Source: Lytechinus pictus
Taxonomy: Eukaryota
Direction: 5' to 3'
NCBI RefSeq assembly: GCF_037042905.1
Contig: NC_087252.1
Coordinates: 24,430,001 to 24,494,000 of the forward strand
DNA: 64,000 bases
The translations under genes were made by a program, and so were the position numbers. The number at the start of each line of letters is the position of its first letter. Positions within the stretch are counted from its first letter, which is position 1. Under the pieces are notes generated by a model. It was not told the origin of the DNA and did no database searches. It saw only the letters and a program-made list of their open reading frames with translations. Shown here one piece after another: positions 13,275 to 25,584 of this stretch.

Positions 13275-14293
13275 GATTGGATAAATACCTGGCCAAGGTC
13301 AATATGTCAGTGCGATGTTGAATGATATTTTCAGTTTTCCCCTTTTTCAATAAGTGCAGCAGTGCTTGTCATTTCTTTTTATATTTCCTTCTCACTGAGT
13401 GCAATACTAAATTATCATACCCGTATTGGGGCGGTGGCTGCGGAGAACACTAATCATGTTCTTGCTATTACACAGTAATGCACCAAACATGCCAAAAGTT
13501 AGCGGCTGCTACTTTACCGGGCGCCATTTTTAAAAAGGTTTCTGTCTGGTAAGACGCTTTTATAGTGCCATTTCTTGGCCTTGCCACTGTTCTGCCATGG
13601 TTACATTTCCGAGTGAAGACTGTAATAGTTTTGCTGCCAATCAACTTGGGTAAGAGGACAACATTTACTATATATTGTGTTGACTTTTAACAGATTTATA
13701 TAACACGGAAATCAATAAAATGCATATGTCTCAAAGTTGCCTATTCAAATTAAACTGTCAGTTTTCATACATTTCAGTTTTGCAGAGTGGGGCAGGCCAT
13801 TAAGCTGGAATTTAAACATTGCTTTCCTTTAAAAAGCAAAGAAGATCACGGTGATATAGGTGTCCATAATTGAGGGATGTTTGACATAATTTAAAAGACT
13901 CAATGTTTTATGAAAACTGTGTATGATTTTATGATTCACTCTTGAAGATATGTATAGCAGAGGGGTCAATCCTGGGGGGGGGGGGGCGATCGCCCCACCA
14001 ATGAAAATATTGGGGGGGGGGGCAAACATATCGTTTGCCCCCCCAATGATTTCACATGTGCAAAAGTTAAATAAGATTGTAATGTTAAACCGAAATCAGC
14101 AAGCGAGATTGAAATACACAACTCGTTCTTTATTTAAAATCATGCTAAAAATTTCCGCTTTCCAGATTGAAATATAAAAAATTTCAGCTCGCGCTTCGCG
14201 CTCGCATCATTTCTGTAGCAAAACCCCATACTTTTTATGATTAAATATATGTGAATAGAATGTACCCTTTTCAGTTCTAATCAAAAGAACACC

Positions 14294-14493
14294 NNNNNNN
14301 NNNNNNNNNNNNNNNNNNNNNNNNNNNNNNNNNNNNNNNNNNNNNNNNNNNNNNNNNNNNNNNNNNNNNNNNNNNNNNNNNNNNNNNNNNNNNNNNNNNN
14401 NNNNNNNNNNNNNNNNNNNNNNNNNNNNNNNNNNNNNNNNNNNNNNNNNNNNNNNNNNNNNNNNNNNNNNNNNNNNNNNNNNNNNNNNNNNNN
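14294..14493. other. assembly gap (200 N)
   Basis: Run of N. Confidence 1.
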
Positions 14494-16084
14494 AGAGAGA
14501 AGGTTGCAGCACCTCTTTATTAATAACAGATATATAAAAGGTTACTCCTTTGTCTTAAAGTGGTTTCAGATGAATAAAAGAGGGTTTACTACATATTAGA
14601 AATGCTTCCTCTCTCAATAGGGACTTCAAAATGACAAATTTTCCAAGAAATTGACAAACTTCGGAGAAAGGATGGGGTGACTTGGCGCCCCCCCCCCCGG
14701 GGGAGGCCATTCGGTCAATGAACCCTTTAAAAGAATTTAAAATGTAAAGAAATTAGAAAAAAAAAAGAGTTTGAAGAAAGAAAATGGAATATGGTTGGGA
14801 TCAGATGATTTCCCCAGTGAACAAGAAATGCTAATTGATTCATAAAGCGTTGGATCTCAAACTAACGGCACTACAAGATTGTGAAAACTAGCCCATATAT
14901 GGTTGTTAAAACATATTTGAAACGTTTAGAAATATTGCGAAAATCTTCATTTTTTTATGAATAACACATATTGTAGTTATATAAAGCTCCTCATGTTTAA
15001 CAACACAAAACACGTTATCGTATCAATGTTTTCATATCTACTTGAGATGGAAGTGGATATTGGCCATGAGTGTATTCCTTTTTTGAAGGTTTGATATCTA
15101 AATCTCATTTTGTAATGTTACTATTACGTTATAGCTGTCACCCACCAACATCTTGATACATGAATGACGTACTATGGCATATACAAGCGGAGATATGGCA
15201 ACATACATTTCACCTTACCCTTAAAGGTTATTGATTTTTTTACATTTTTTACATTGCTCTTCAAATTCGACTTTATAGAAAAAACTGATTCCACAATTTT
15301 AGACTACTACGTACCTAGCAGTAATCTAGAGGGTCCATACTATCCCCCTATGGTGTCAAACCTCTATTTTCGTGTTGGTTCTACGTGAGGGCCTTGTGGG
15401 CCCTATGAGATTTTGATCCCGGACTAATTGCTGTAAACGATAGAATATGCCCTTTCTATTCATAAAGCTATTCGTAAATTACAAATGACTTTACGCACGA
15501 CTGGTGATCCTTTCTTGTGCTAAATGGTATCCCTGTATAATTGATATATGACTGAAGAACATGTTCCAGTCGTACGTAAAAATGTGCGTAACTTTACGAA
15601 CAGCTTTATGAAACACCCACCTGGTGTGTGGGTGAGTGTGGCGTATGTGCGTTGTGTGTTTTCATATCTTTCTCTATGTGCTGCTCTACTCGTTTTTTGT
15701 GCGTGCCCCCCCCCCCCCCCTCTTTCTCTAGCTCTTTCTGTCTCTGAACGATTGAGCTCAACGGCTTCAGGCCAACATCCTTTCCGAGATACCTGGTAAT
15801 GAGGATCACCTCTTCTTTTTCAGTAGGAGTATTTATTTGATTCGTTCCTTTCGGTACATACAAAACACTGATACAAAGTGCATATATTTTTATTTTTTTT
15901 GGGGGGGGGGGGAATGATGACAAAATGATACCCAAAAAATGTACAGTGATTATCTTACTATCAAGTTGCAGAGTCAAGGTGAATGAATGAGTTTATTCAA
16001 AACAAAACATCAACTCATTCGCCGCCCCCCCCCCCCACCACCATCATCATCCCATCCCAAACAAGCAGCAGGCACTTATAAATA

Positions 16085-16389
16085 GGCCCGTATTCTGAAG
16101 TCGGGTTTAATTTAAACTCTGGTTTAAATTTGTGGTGTAACTATGGATAGCCAATGGGGCACAAATCCCTAACAGTACACGTTCGATTTATTAACTCATA
16201 TGACGCCCAGATTGTCTGGGAATGATAACTTAAGTATTTCGAAATATATTTCTTCATTATAAAAGCAAAAGAAAACAAAATAGTAAACATAAGAAATAGA
16301 CAATATAAACAGAATTTTTGGCTCCCCATAATTCTAACAGAGTTAGACCTTGGTCTAATTAAGTTAAACCTGACCTCAGAATACGGGAC
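16085..16389. mobile_element. MITE (PIF/Harbinger-like termini)
   Basis: GGCCCGTATTCTGAAGTCGGGTTTAA ... TTAAACCTGACCTCAGAATACGGGAC inverted ends. Confidence 0.6.
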
Positions 16390-16810
16390 ATAAAAACAAA
16401 GGAAACTTTATAAAAGAAAACAGGCCTGGCCAACCAGAATAAAGTAAACACAATCATCTACCCAGACGAAAAGGAAAGCTAAACTATAGCACGGGATTTT
16501 TAAAGCAACACCGGTACAACAAAACTTTCATTTCAGCATAACGGTGAGATCAGGGACGTCCATCGTCCATCCATGTTTCGGATGGGGGGGGGGCAGAAGT
16601 GAAAAACTATTAAGGCCTACTGCATTGCACGAGCGGAGCGCAAAAAAAACACAATTGTATATTTAGTAGTATTTTTACTTACAATCTAAGTGGTTTTATA
16701 GTACTTTTCAATGTTTGTTGAGAGTATATTATTTACATTGCACATTTTAATTTGTTCGAGTTGTCAAAATTATTGGGGGGTGGCAAATCGATGGTAGGGT
16801 TCTATCGTTC

Positions 16811-16986
16811 TCACGCCCCCCGGAATCGACTCCTCTGGTTGAGACATCGGTAAAAGATAGACTGGTAGACGCAACGGCACGCATCGGGTATGCTTGGGGT
16901 GATGAGAAAGAAGGCTGAGACCAGACTGACCGAGCCGAGGAAAATGAAAGACGCGTCGTACGAATTAGACTTGTCAAATAACCAAC
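16811..16986 (-). CDS. SLC16/MCT-like transporter, coding exon 4 (terminal)
   Basis: Acceptor tctacttcag|, GWLFDKSNSYDASFIFLG (MCT GxLxDxxxxYxxxF motif), TGA at 16813-16811. The four exons total 1452 nt = 483 aa in one frame. Confidence 0.88.
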
Positions 16987-17257
16987 CTGAAGTAGATAAA
17001 ACCAAAAAAAATGGTAAAGATAATCAGAATAGTCATCTGTGCCCATGCAAGTCTTCTTTTTTTGCCAAACAGTTATTAAAGGACAATATCTCCTCAAACA
17101 ATGTGGTGAAAGATGGAAATGAACCATTAGCTTGTGATACATTACCCCTACACCCCCCCCCCCACTCTCACACACACGCCGTCACACACACACACACACA
17201 CACACAGTTTTAAACTGGCTTTGAATGAAGTTTGAGAAACAGTTGCGAGTAACTTAC

Positions 17258-18196
17258 CAACAGTAAAGCCACCGACAGGAAGACCTCCTCCGACTGCCAT
17301 AAGAAGCAGAGATATCACGCCCTCTACGTCCCCGTCCCCGTCAGGTGCTGTATCCCGGGAAAGCAATGTTATCATACCTGTCATAGCACCTAAGGTACTA
17401 CCATTTAAAACTGCAAGAATGCACAAGTCCCAAAATCGAGTTGCAGAGATGTTCATCGTGTATGCCACGAAAGACACAAAACATAACATAACAAATAGCT
17501 TGTTGTTTGAGAAAAGCTGCCACTTGCTTACGAACCCTACGATGAAACGTCCAAAGACATTGGCAGCTCCCCCGACTGTGGCAAGGAAAATTGAATTTTC
17601 CAATGGATATCCTTTCGCGATGCCGTTTGGTACGATAAATATAACCCAACCGCTATAAGACATGCCTAGCATAAACATGGCGAATATGACACTCAAAACA
17701 TCTGGCTTCTTTTCCACAATGTCAAAACATGTAAGAGCTTTCAGCGAATGCCAGACTGATTCTTGTAACGTGCTCTTGACACCGTCTGTCTCTTTCTCGG
17801 TGACAATCGTCTTTGAATTGGGCTTCACATCTGAAGATTCCGTTGACTGTATATCCGCTTCTGCTTTACTTAGTTCCCTCAAGTGATTTTCCTCGTCAGG
17901 ATTATTTTCTCGATTGCTGATCGATGTTGACTCCAAAAGCGGTTGTGAGACATTCCCTCTTCCCTCTTCCTTCACCAACGCACCGATGGGGATGTTGTGG
18001 AAGCTGAATGCACCAAGAAGTAGCATGGCTTGTCGCCAACCGTATATGCGATTAAGTTGTTCAGCTATGACGGGGATCAACATCATGCCTAGACCACCAG
18101 CTGTCATTATGATGCTAGAAACTAATTCGAATTTATCTGGGAAGTACCGAACCGGAAGTGCGTGTGCAGGAAACGTCACCATGCTGTAGCCTATAC
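17258..18196 (-). CDS. SLC16/MCT-like transporter, coding exon 3
   Basis: Acceptor cgcatccccag|, 939 nt, phase 1-1. GIGYSMVTFPA...YFPDK...YGWRQAMLLLG, hydrophilic central loop, then TM7-11. Donor G|GTAAGT at 17257. Confidence 0.9.
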
Positions 18197-18377
18197 CTGG
18201 GGATGCGAAATATTGCTAATTATGGTAATTTATATAGCATTACATATATAAATGACAAAATTACACAGCTAAACAAAAATATGAAAAATTCCATGGGAGT
18301 CCAGAAAATTTTGAAGTTCAAAATTTGACCCGAAAGTAATCATTTTTTATTATCATATCCATGTTTTTACGGGGAAA

Positions 18378-19085
18378 TGAGATATTTTGATGAAGGAAAA
18401 AAGTAAGTTTCCTTGAATTTCCATACCTTTTCCACCGTGAAGGTTTCAAAATTCCCATACCTCTCTCTGCCGTAAAGGTTTATAAGTATGTACACCTTGA
18501 TCTGACATCAAGGTCTCAAATTTTGTAAAACCTTCTCCAGAATGAAGGTTTGCACTTGACTGTAACCTTGCTTAGATATTAAGGATTACAAATTAGCAAT
18601 ACCTGTTTTGACAACAAGGTTTCCAAATTTGCAAACCTTGTTTGGAAATGAAGGTTTCCAAATCTGTAAACCTGGTTCTGACTTCCAGATTTCACAAATT
18701 CACGAACCTTGCTCTGACATAAAAGTTTCCAAATTCATACTACTTGCTCTGACATCAAGGCATACAAAATTATACATTTTGCTTTGGCTTCAAGGTTTCT
18801 TAATATTTACATCCTGCTTTGGATTTCAATGTTTCCAAATTTGCAAATCTACCTTTTGCATCAAGGCTTGTACATTTGTCGACCTTTTCCTGCCGTGAAT
18901 GTTTACAAATTTGCAAACCTTATTTCTCACCAACGTTTACAATCTTCAAACGTTGATGTTGGAAAGAGGTTTGCACATTTTGAGACCATAACGTTAGATC
19001 TAGGTTTGCAAAGTTAGAAATCTTCACGGTAAGAGAAAGTTTTACAAATTACGAAACTTACTTTTTTTCTTTCATCGAAATCTCA
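18378..19085. mobile_element. degenerate foldback MITE with AAGGTTT/AAACCTT internal subrepeats
   Basis: 18385-18447 is inverted to 19017-19080. Interior consists of short degenerate palindromic units. Confidence 0.55.
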
Positions 19086-19901
19086 GTTTTTGGAATGAAA
19101 GTTTTAAAACAAAACAAAAAACAAGCATTGTTATATAAAAAAAAAGACTTGAGATTAAAAGTTTGCATTCCGAAGTTTCCTTTTAGAAACATGATGAAAG
19201 ATAAGACAGTAATTGGGGGTTTCTATAGAAATTTTTATTTTCGTTTAGACTGTTATGATTATAAGCTGCATATGGAATATATAACTTATGAATGTGTGGT
19301 TACAAGGGCATATAATACTTCGGACAAATCTGCGCCGATTTTAGACTAAAAACTATATCAATGAAATACATAAAAAAAATAAAAAGGTAATGACTGAACA
19401 TGTGTGCTTGTAATCTTATATCTGACGAACTATCTGGAAATTCTCAAAATTCTTCCCAATAACTCAATCGAATTAATGCTTTATATTTACTTGAATCAAA
19501 GACAGTATAATTCCACATGGGCTATGCAAACTACCTCTATTTGCCGTTCAGTCTATATTACATTTGGTCTTATAATACCCACTTAATAGTCTAATTGTAA
19601 TTTGATAATACCCAAGTGGTCTAATTTCTTCTTACTTTGTCAAACAAAAATTTAGTTGGTAAATAGTTTATCCAAACATTATAGACTAAGTGGTGTTCGA
19701 CCAAATTGATTTAAGAAGAAAAGTTATAATAGTCTAACTGGAAGCTCTACAATATGGTTAGTGGGCTAACTTGCATTTAGACCAAAATGGTAAGAAGAGC
19801 TGGCTCAACTAGAATTGGAACGAGTAGGATTAGACCAAATGGAAAATAGACACAACGGTGTAGACCAAGTGACAATTTTCCCTTTTAATTACCATAATTA
19901 C

Positions 19902-20042
19902 CTGATGAGAGCAAAGCAGCTCCAAACTGCCAAGATGATTGTGAAAAAGAAGTCATTATATAGCATGAAGTTCCAATTATTGCTCCTAGGATTATAATCT
20001 GTCGGACCGAAAAATGTTTCGTCAAGAACCGACTCACTGGGG
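19902..20042 (-). CDS. SLC16/MCT-like transporter, coding exon 2 (not in ORF track)
   Basis: Acceptor ttttcttcactctttcag|, 141 nt, phase 1-1, reads APVSRFLTKHFSVRQIIILGAIIGTSCYIMTSFSQSSWQFGAALLSSG (MFS motif-A-like loop, TM3-4). Donor G|GTAATT. Confidence 0.85.
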
Positions 20043-20323
20043 CTGAAAGAGTGAAGAAAAAAAATAATTCACAGAGAAATATTACACTGCAATGTGAGGT
20101 AAGTTTTCTTTATCTTCAAATACAACCCTTTGGACTCCGTCTTAAAGAGAGTTGTGGTTGATCCGATCAGAATTGGACACGTAAAGGCAAAGACAATAAC
20201 TGCAGTCCTATCCTAAATTATAGGCCAACATTGTACCAATTTGCTGTAGACCTATGAAAAATATGATCTTGATAGATTTCCAAAATTGAGATTGATTGGA
20301 TTAATCACAACATCGTGTATGTC

Positions 20324-20426
20324 TAGACCAACGAACGTAGAGGGCAGCAACACAGGGCAAACCATAGTTGGGCAAACAGAGTTATGAATAGATAAAGTGT
20401 TGCTGCCCTCTACGTTCATTGGTCTG
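20324..20426. mobile_element. 103-bp hairpin MITE with 3-bp TSD (GTC)
   Basis: 29-bp arms 20325-20353 and 20397-20425 with 1 mismatch. gtc|TAGACC...GGTCTG|gtc. Confidence 0.7.
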
Positions 20427-21757
20427 GTCCCTGAAGGCTGAAATAGTATCCCTAAATTAGACCCCCCAAAAGCCAATCTGGAATAAAATTATTGGAAATA
20501 GTTTTTCAACTGATCTGAGTAGGTATGGGTGTCAACAATTCACCCCAAAAAAGTTAGGAGGAATACGGGTTTCATATATACTGTGTAATGGTATCTCTGA
20601 GATGGAAAGGCGCAGGTTGGTGATAGGTGTGTCAAAATGCACAAATTTTTTACCAGAATATCAAATAAGATAAATTTTAGTACCTAGAATGCACATTCAC
20701 CGATAAAATTCAAGGTCAAAGCCTTTCAAAGGTCAATGACCTTTATTTACATTATATACCATACAGTATTACGGTTTCTCTGAGATGATAAGGTGCAGGT
20801 TGGTGATCATGCATGGTGTCAAAATGCACAGATTCTTACAAGAAGATCAAATAAAATAAATTTTAGTACCTAGAATGGACATTCACCAATACAATTCAAG
20901 GTCAAAGCTATTCAAAGGTCATTGACCTTTTTACATTATATACCATATACCTTTTCATATATACTGTGTAATGGTATCTCTGAGATGGAAAGGCGCAGGT
21001 TGGTGATTATGGTGTCAACATGCACAGATTCTTACCAGAAGATCAAATATAATAAAATTAAGTACCTAGAATGCACATTCACCCATACAATTTAAGGCCA
21101 AAGGTCAATGACCTTTAACATATTACATACCATATTATATAATGGTATCTCTTAGATAAAACGGCGCAGGTTGGTGTTCCTGGTGTCAAAATACACAGAT
21201 TCTTACAGGAAGATTAAGTAAAAAAAAATTAAGCATCCAGAATGCATATTCACCTATAAGATTCAGGGACAAAGGTCAATGCCCTTTTTAACATAAAATA
21301 ATAATAATGATATCTCTGAAATAAAACATCGCAGGTTCGTGATCTTGGTGCCAAATGCAAAGATTTGTACAAGAAGATTAAAAGACACCAAAATAAGTAT
21401 AAAGAATAAACTTTCACCCTTGAAATCCAAGATCAGAGGAAATATATCTATATATATAATATGTATGACATAAAAATAACTAAACATTTTATCCTTTGTG
21501 TTCATATTTTATTCGTGAATAATGTAAATAAATATGGCTAAAATTTTGTAATGAAAACAAGGTTTCATAATTTCAGTCTGAAATATTGAAGGTCATGGAG
21601 AATGTATTTAGGGGTCAGAGGTCAATGAACTCTTTCCAAAATATCAGTGGAAATTAAGTAAAAAAAAGTTGATAACCAAATAACACTTCTTTATATATTG
21701 TGATGCATTGCCAAAAGCAATAAAAAAAAGTGAAATCAAGTATATAATTTGAAATGA

Positions 21758-22939
21758 TTTTTGTCTCGCCTGCATAGCAGAGCGAGACTATAGGTGCCGC
21801 TTTTCCGACGGCGACGGCGGCGGCGGCGGCGTCAACATCAAATCTTAACCTAAGGTTAAGTTTTTGAAATGACATCATAACTTAGAAAGTATATGGACCT
21901 AGTTCATGAAACTTGGACATAAGGTTAATCAAGTATTACTGAACATCCTGCTTGAGTTTCAGGTCACATGACTAAGGTAAAAGGTCATTTAGGGTCAATG
22001 AACTTAGACCATGTTGGGAGAATTATTTTCAAAATCTTAACCGAAGGTTAGTTTTTGAAATGACATCATAACTTAGAAAGTATATGGACCTAGTTCATGA
22101 AACTTGTACATAAGGTTAATCAAGTATTAGTGAACATCCTTCCTGAGTTTCAGGTCACATGGCCAAGGTCAAAGGTCATTTAGGGTCAATGAACTTTGGC
22201 CAAGTTGGGGGTATTTGTTGAATTACCTTCATAACTTTGAAAATTTATGGATCTAGTTCATGAAACTTGGACATTAGGTTATTCAAGTACCACTGAATAT
22301 CCTGTGCGAGTTTCAGGTCACATGACCATGGTCAGTGGTCATTTAAGGTCAATGAACTTTGGCCGTGTTGGGGGTCTTTGTTAAATTACCATCCTAACTC
22401 TGAAGGTTTATGGATCTAGTTCATAAAACTTGGACATAAGAGTAATCGAGTATCACTGAACATCCTGTACGAGTTTCAGGTCACATGACCATGGTCAAAG
22501 GTCATTTAAGGTCAATGAACTTTGGCCGTGTTGGGGGTATTTGTTGAATTACCATCCTAACTCTGAAGTTTATGGATCTATTTCATAAAACTTGGGATAT
22601 AAGAGTAATCAAGTATCACTAAACATCCCCTGTGAGTTTCAGGTCACAAAACCAAGGTCAGTTAAGGTCAATAAACTTAGGCCATGTTGGGGTAATTGTT
22701 GAATTGCCATCATAACTTTGAAAGTTTATGGATAGAGTGAATGAAATGTGGACATGGGTGTATTTGACAAGTCTTAAGTCACCGTTCAAATGTCATCTAT
22801 GGTCAATGAACGTGGTATTATGTCATTATATGAATGGTGTGTTTGTGAATGATTATTTTATAGTAGTTTTCAAAGTTAGCACTGCTGCTATATTAAATTG
22901 CGTAATGTAGGCGAGACTGCCAGAGGCGTTCCACTTGTT
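21758..22939 (+). mobile_element. Helentron-associated (DINE-1/HINE-like) non-autonomous element nested in the foldback
   Basis: 5' TTTTTGTCTCGCCTGC hairpin, (CGG)n microsatellite, about six ~163-bp repeats, 3' sub-TIR GTAGGCGAGAC then ...CTTGTT. No TSD. Confidence 0.7.
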
Positions 22940-23063
22940 ATCTTAAGTAGCAGCATTTAATGCATCATAATATCTAAATCAAGGTTGTCGTGTCTTTTTC
23001 TCTCCAGCGATAGGCCACTCACCTCAATGCTATAATAAATACTATTAGCTTAATCTTCTGAAA

Positions 23064-23630
23064 ATGTATAGGATAGGTCTAACTCTCATGTCACAGCTAG
23101 CATCATCTGAGAGCATTTCCAATCAGCAGAGGGATGATGATGAAGATGAAATGAAGGCCATCATTAGAGCTGCGGCTTCTGTCATAGTAAATGGCTTTAA
23201 GTGTCTGACATTACATATCTCAACTTCAACAAAGATGAATTCCCGTATTATTATTAATTACCTCTCATTGCGAGCTGCCAGAATCTCTTGAGGTGCTAAT
23301 GCTGCAGGACAAAACTTCATATCTGCTCTTTGCCTTACGTCACACAGGATGCTATTTCTACTAGGTATCAGTTTGAACAAGGATCATGTATTTGGTCTAG
23401 AACAACTTATTGTTATCATGCACTAATTGGGCATATAATAATGAAATTCAAAAGGAGATTATAGCTTACAAGTACACATACATCGACCTAAACTAACAAA
23501 ACTCCTACAGCACCACTTCCAGTTCTTGAGAATCAAGCTGTGCAATATATCAGTAATAATAAGATTCTGGTCTGATATCCCTTGACAGAACGTTAGGCTT
23601 TCATTGAATGGGACAGATCAAAGTCCTGAA
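23064..23630 (+). pseudogene. decayed transposase-like relic (Academ-type by recalled motif)
   Basis: LGISLNKDHVFGLEQLIVIMH*LG / YNNEIQK / VQYISNN-(frameshift)-DSGLISLDRTLGFH*MGQI, resembling a QxxxDNxDxxxxTLDGxxxFHGMG motif. Contains stops and frameshifts. Confidence 0.5.
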
Positions 23631-24650
23631 AATGTCAGAAGGTTTTCAAGAGTTTAATCACTCTTTGCTGAAGTTGAGACACTTAACTTCATTTACTATG
23701 ACAAAATCTGCAGCTCTAATGATTGCCTTATTTTAAATGACCTTAATTTAATTTGACCTTGAACTTTTTGGATTAATATGCATTCTAGATGATTGAATTT
23801 ATCTTATTTGACCTTCCTGTAAGAATCTGTGCATTTTGACACAAAGATCACCAACCTGTGCCATTTCATCTCAGAGATACTATTATTATATACAGTATTA
23901 TATAAAGTATGATACAAATGTAAAAAAAAGGTCATTGAACTTTGAAAGGATTTGACCTTGAATGTTATTGTTTAATGTGCATTATGGGTACTTAATTTTA
24001 TTTTATTTGATCTTCCTGTAAGAACCTCTGCATTTTCACACCAAGATCACCAACCTATGCCTTTTCATCTCAGAGATACCATTATACCGTATATGGTATA
24101 TAATGTATAAAAAGGTCATTGACCTTTGAAAGGCTTTGACCTTGAACTTCATGGGTGAATGAGCATTCTGGGTACTAAATTTTATTTTATTTGATCTTCC
24201 TGTAAGAACCTCTGCATTTTGACACCAAGATAACCAACCTGCGCCTTTTCATCCCAGAGATACCATTATACCGTTTATAATGTAAAAAAAGGTCATTGTC
24301 CTTTGAAAGGCTTTGACCTTGAATTTCATGGGTGAATGAGCATTGTGGGTACTTTATTTTATTTCATCTTCCTGTTAGAACCTCTGCATTTTAACACCAA
24401 GATCACCAACCTGCGCCTTTCCATCTCAGAGATACCATTATACAGTATATATGAAAAGGTCATTGACCTTTGACCTTGAAAAAAAAAAAAAAAATTTCCC
24501 CAACCCGTATTCCTCCTAACTTTTTTTGGGTAAATGTTGACACCCATACCTACTCAAATCAGCCAAAAAACCATTTCCAATAATTTTATTCCAGATGGTT
24601 ACTAATTACGGGATACTAAAAGTAAAAATGGAGCGCAGTATAAACCATGT

Positions 24651-24965
24651 GGAGCGTTGTGGCCCAGTGGATTAGTCTCCGGACTTTGAAACAGAGGGTT
24701 GTGGGTTCGAATCCCAGCCATGGCGTAATTTCCTTCGGCAAGAAATTTATCCACATTGTGCTGCACTCAACCCAGGTGAGGTGAATGGGTACCTGGCAGG
24801 AATTTATTCCTTGAAATGCATGTGCGCTGTAATCTTAGTAATTACGGCTGCCAAGCTACAGCTGGGGTAATAATATCCAAGTCCTTTGGAAGCGCATAGA
24901 GACATTATTCATAATCGTGATATGCGCTATACAAGAACTGTTTATTATTATTATTATTATTATTA
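24651..24965 (+). mobile_element. full-length tRNA-derived SINE
   Basis: A box TGGCCCAGTGG (24660), B box GGTTCGAATCC (24704), shared core, GCGCTATACAA and (TTA)n tail. Confidence 0.9.
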
Positions 24966-25584
24966 AAAGTCGAAGTGCATAGAGAATAAAATATGCTCGA
25001 AATTTATCATTGTGCAGGAAATAACATAAGGAACAGTATTAAACTAATCGCCGATTAAAAGGAAATATGGAACGCAGTATAAAGCATTTATTTGGACGCC
25101 CCCTCTGAAACGCCCCCGACTACGTACCCCTACAAGTTCCCCAAATTCACGACGTCAGGATATGGAATTGCGGCGTTTAATAAATTTACTTTTGGGTTTG
25201 CTGGCTTTTGGCTTTCGAAAGCGCGTGCGTGTATTATACATACGGCACCCGGGAATTGCATTTTGGTTGTTCTGTATCTGGCCCTTAGCACTCTTCTGGC
25301 CAATCTTTTTTTCTGAACACTGTGATTTTCGTTCCTTAATTTCTGAATGCTTCAGAATAGATAATCCTCAAGGAATTTTCTATTTTTGGGACAAAGAAAT
25401 TCCAAGCCCAATGTTATATCTACGCCTTAATGGTTTTTGAGAGATTGTTAACATAAATGTTGGTTTGTAATAATTATCCATTTGATGGAGGTTGATTCAT
25501 ATTACTCCTGTTGGACATGTTGGAATGCAACATGTTGTAATTATTTCACGGACGGGGATATTCAGTGCTAATCCTCCTAAATAA

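Larger units (their letters stand above)
1..14293 (+). repeat. 8352-bp-period tandem duplication (1-4980 recurs at 8353-14293, cut by gap)
   Basis: Identical ORFs at offset 8352 (753/9105). Offset grows to 9313 by the end, explained by a 93-bp duplication, an 876-bp LINE insertion and small indels in copy 2. Confidence 0.95.
20444..24618 (+). mobile_element. Academ-like foldback DNA transposon, 4.2 kb, non-autonomous
   Basis: aaa|TAGTATCCC...GGGATACTA|aaa. ~0.9-kb inverted arms built of ~180-bp tandem units. Decayed transposase-like interior. Confidence 0.8.

Noticed and set aside
13278..13350. N-terminus of the 196-aa ORF as a real gene start
   Set aside because: It is host flank also present in copy 1, starts at TTG, and is fused to the LINE by chance.
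17148..17257. C-terminal tail of the 344-aa ORF (KLLATV...CVCVCV)
   Set aside because: Read-through past the GTAAGT donor into an intron with a (CA)n repeat.
21880..22750. CRISPR-like regular repeats (also 20570-21400 and 62670-63260)
   Set aside because: The intervening sequences are homologous to each other, so these are tandem units with no unique spacers. Eukaryotic context and no cas genes.
24651..24722. tRNA gene (Gln-like TTG loop); similar heads near 35500 and 46890
   Set aside because: Acceptor stem is poor and the sequence continues into a SINE core and tail.
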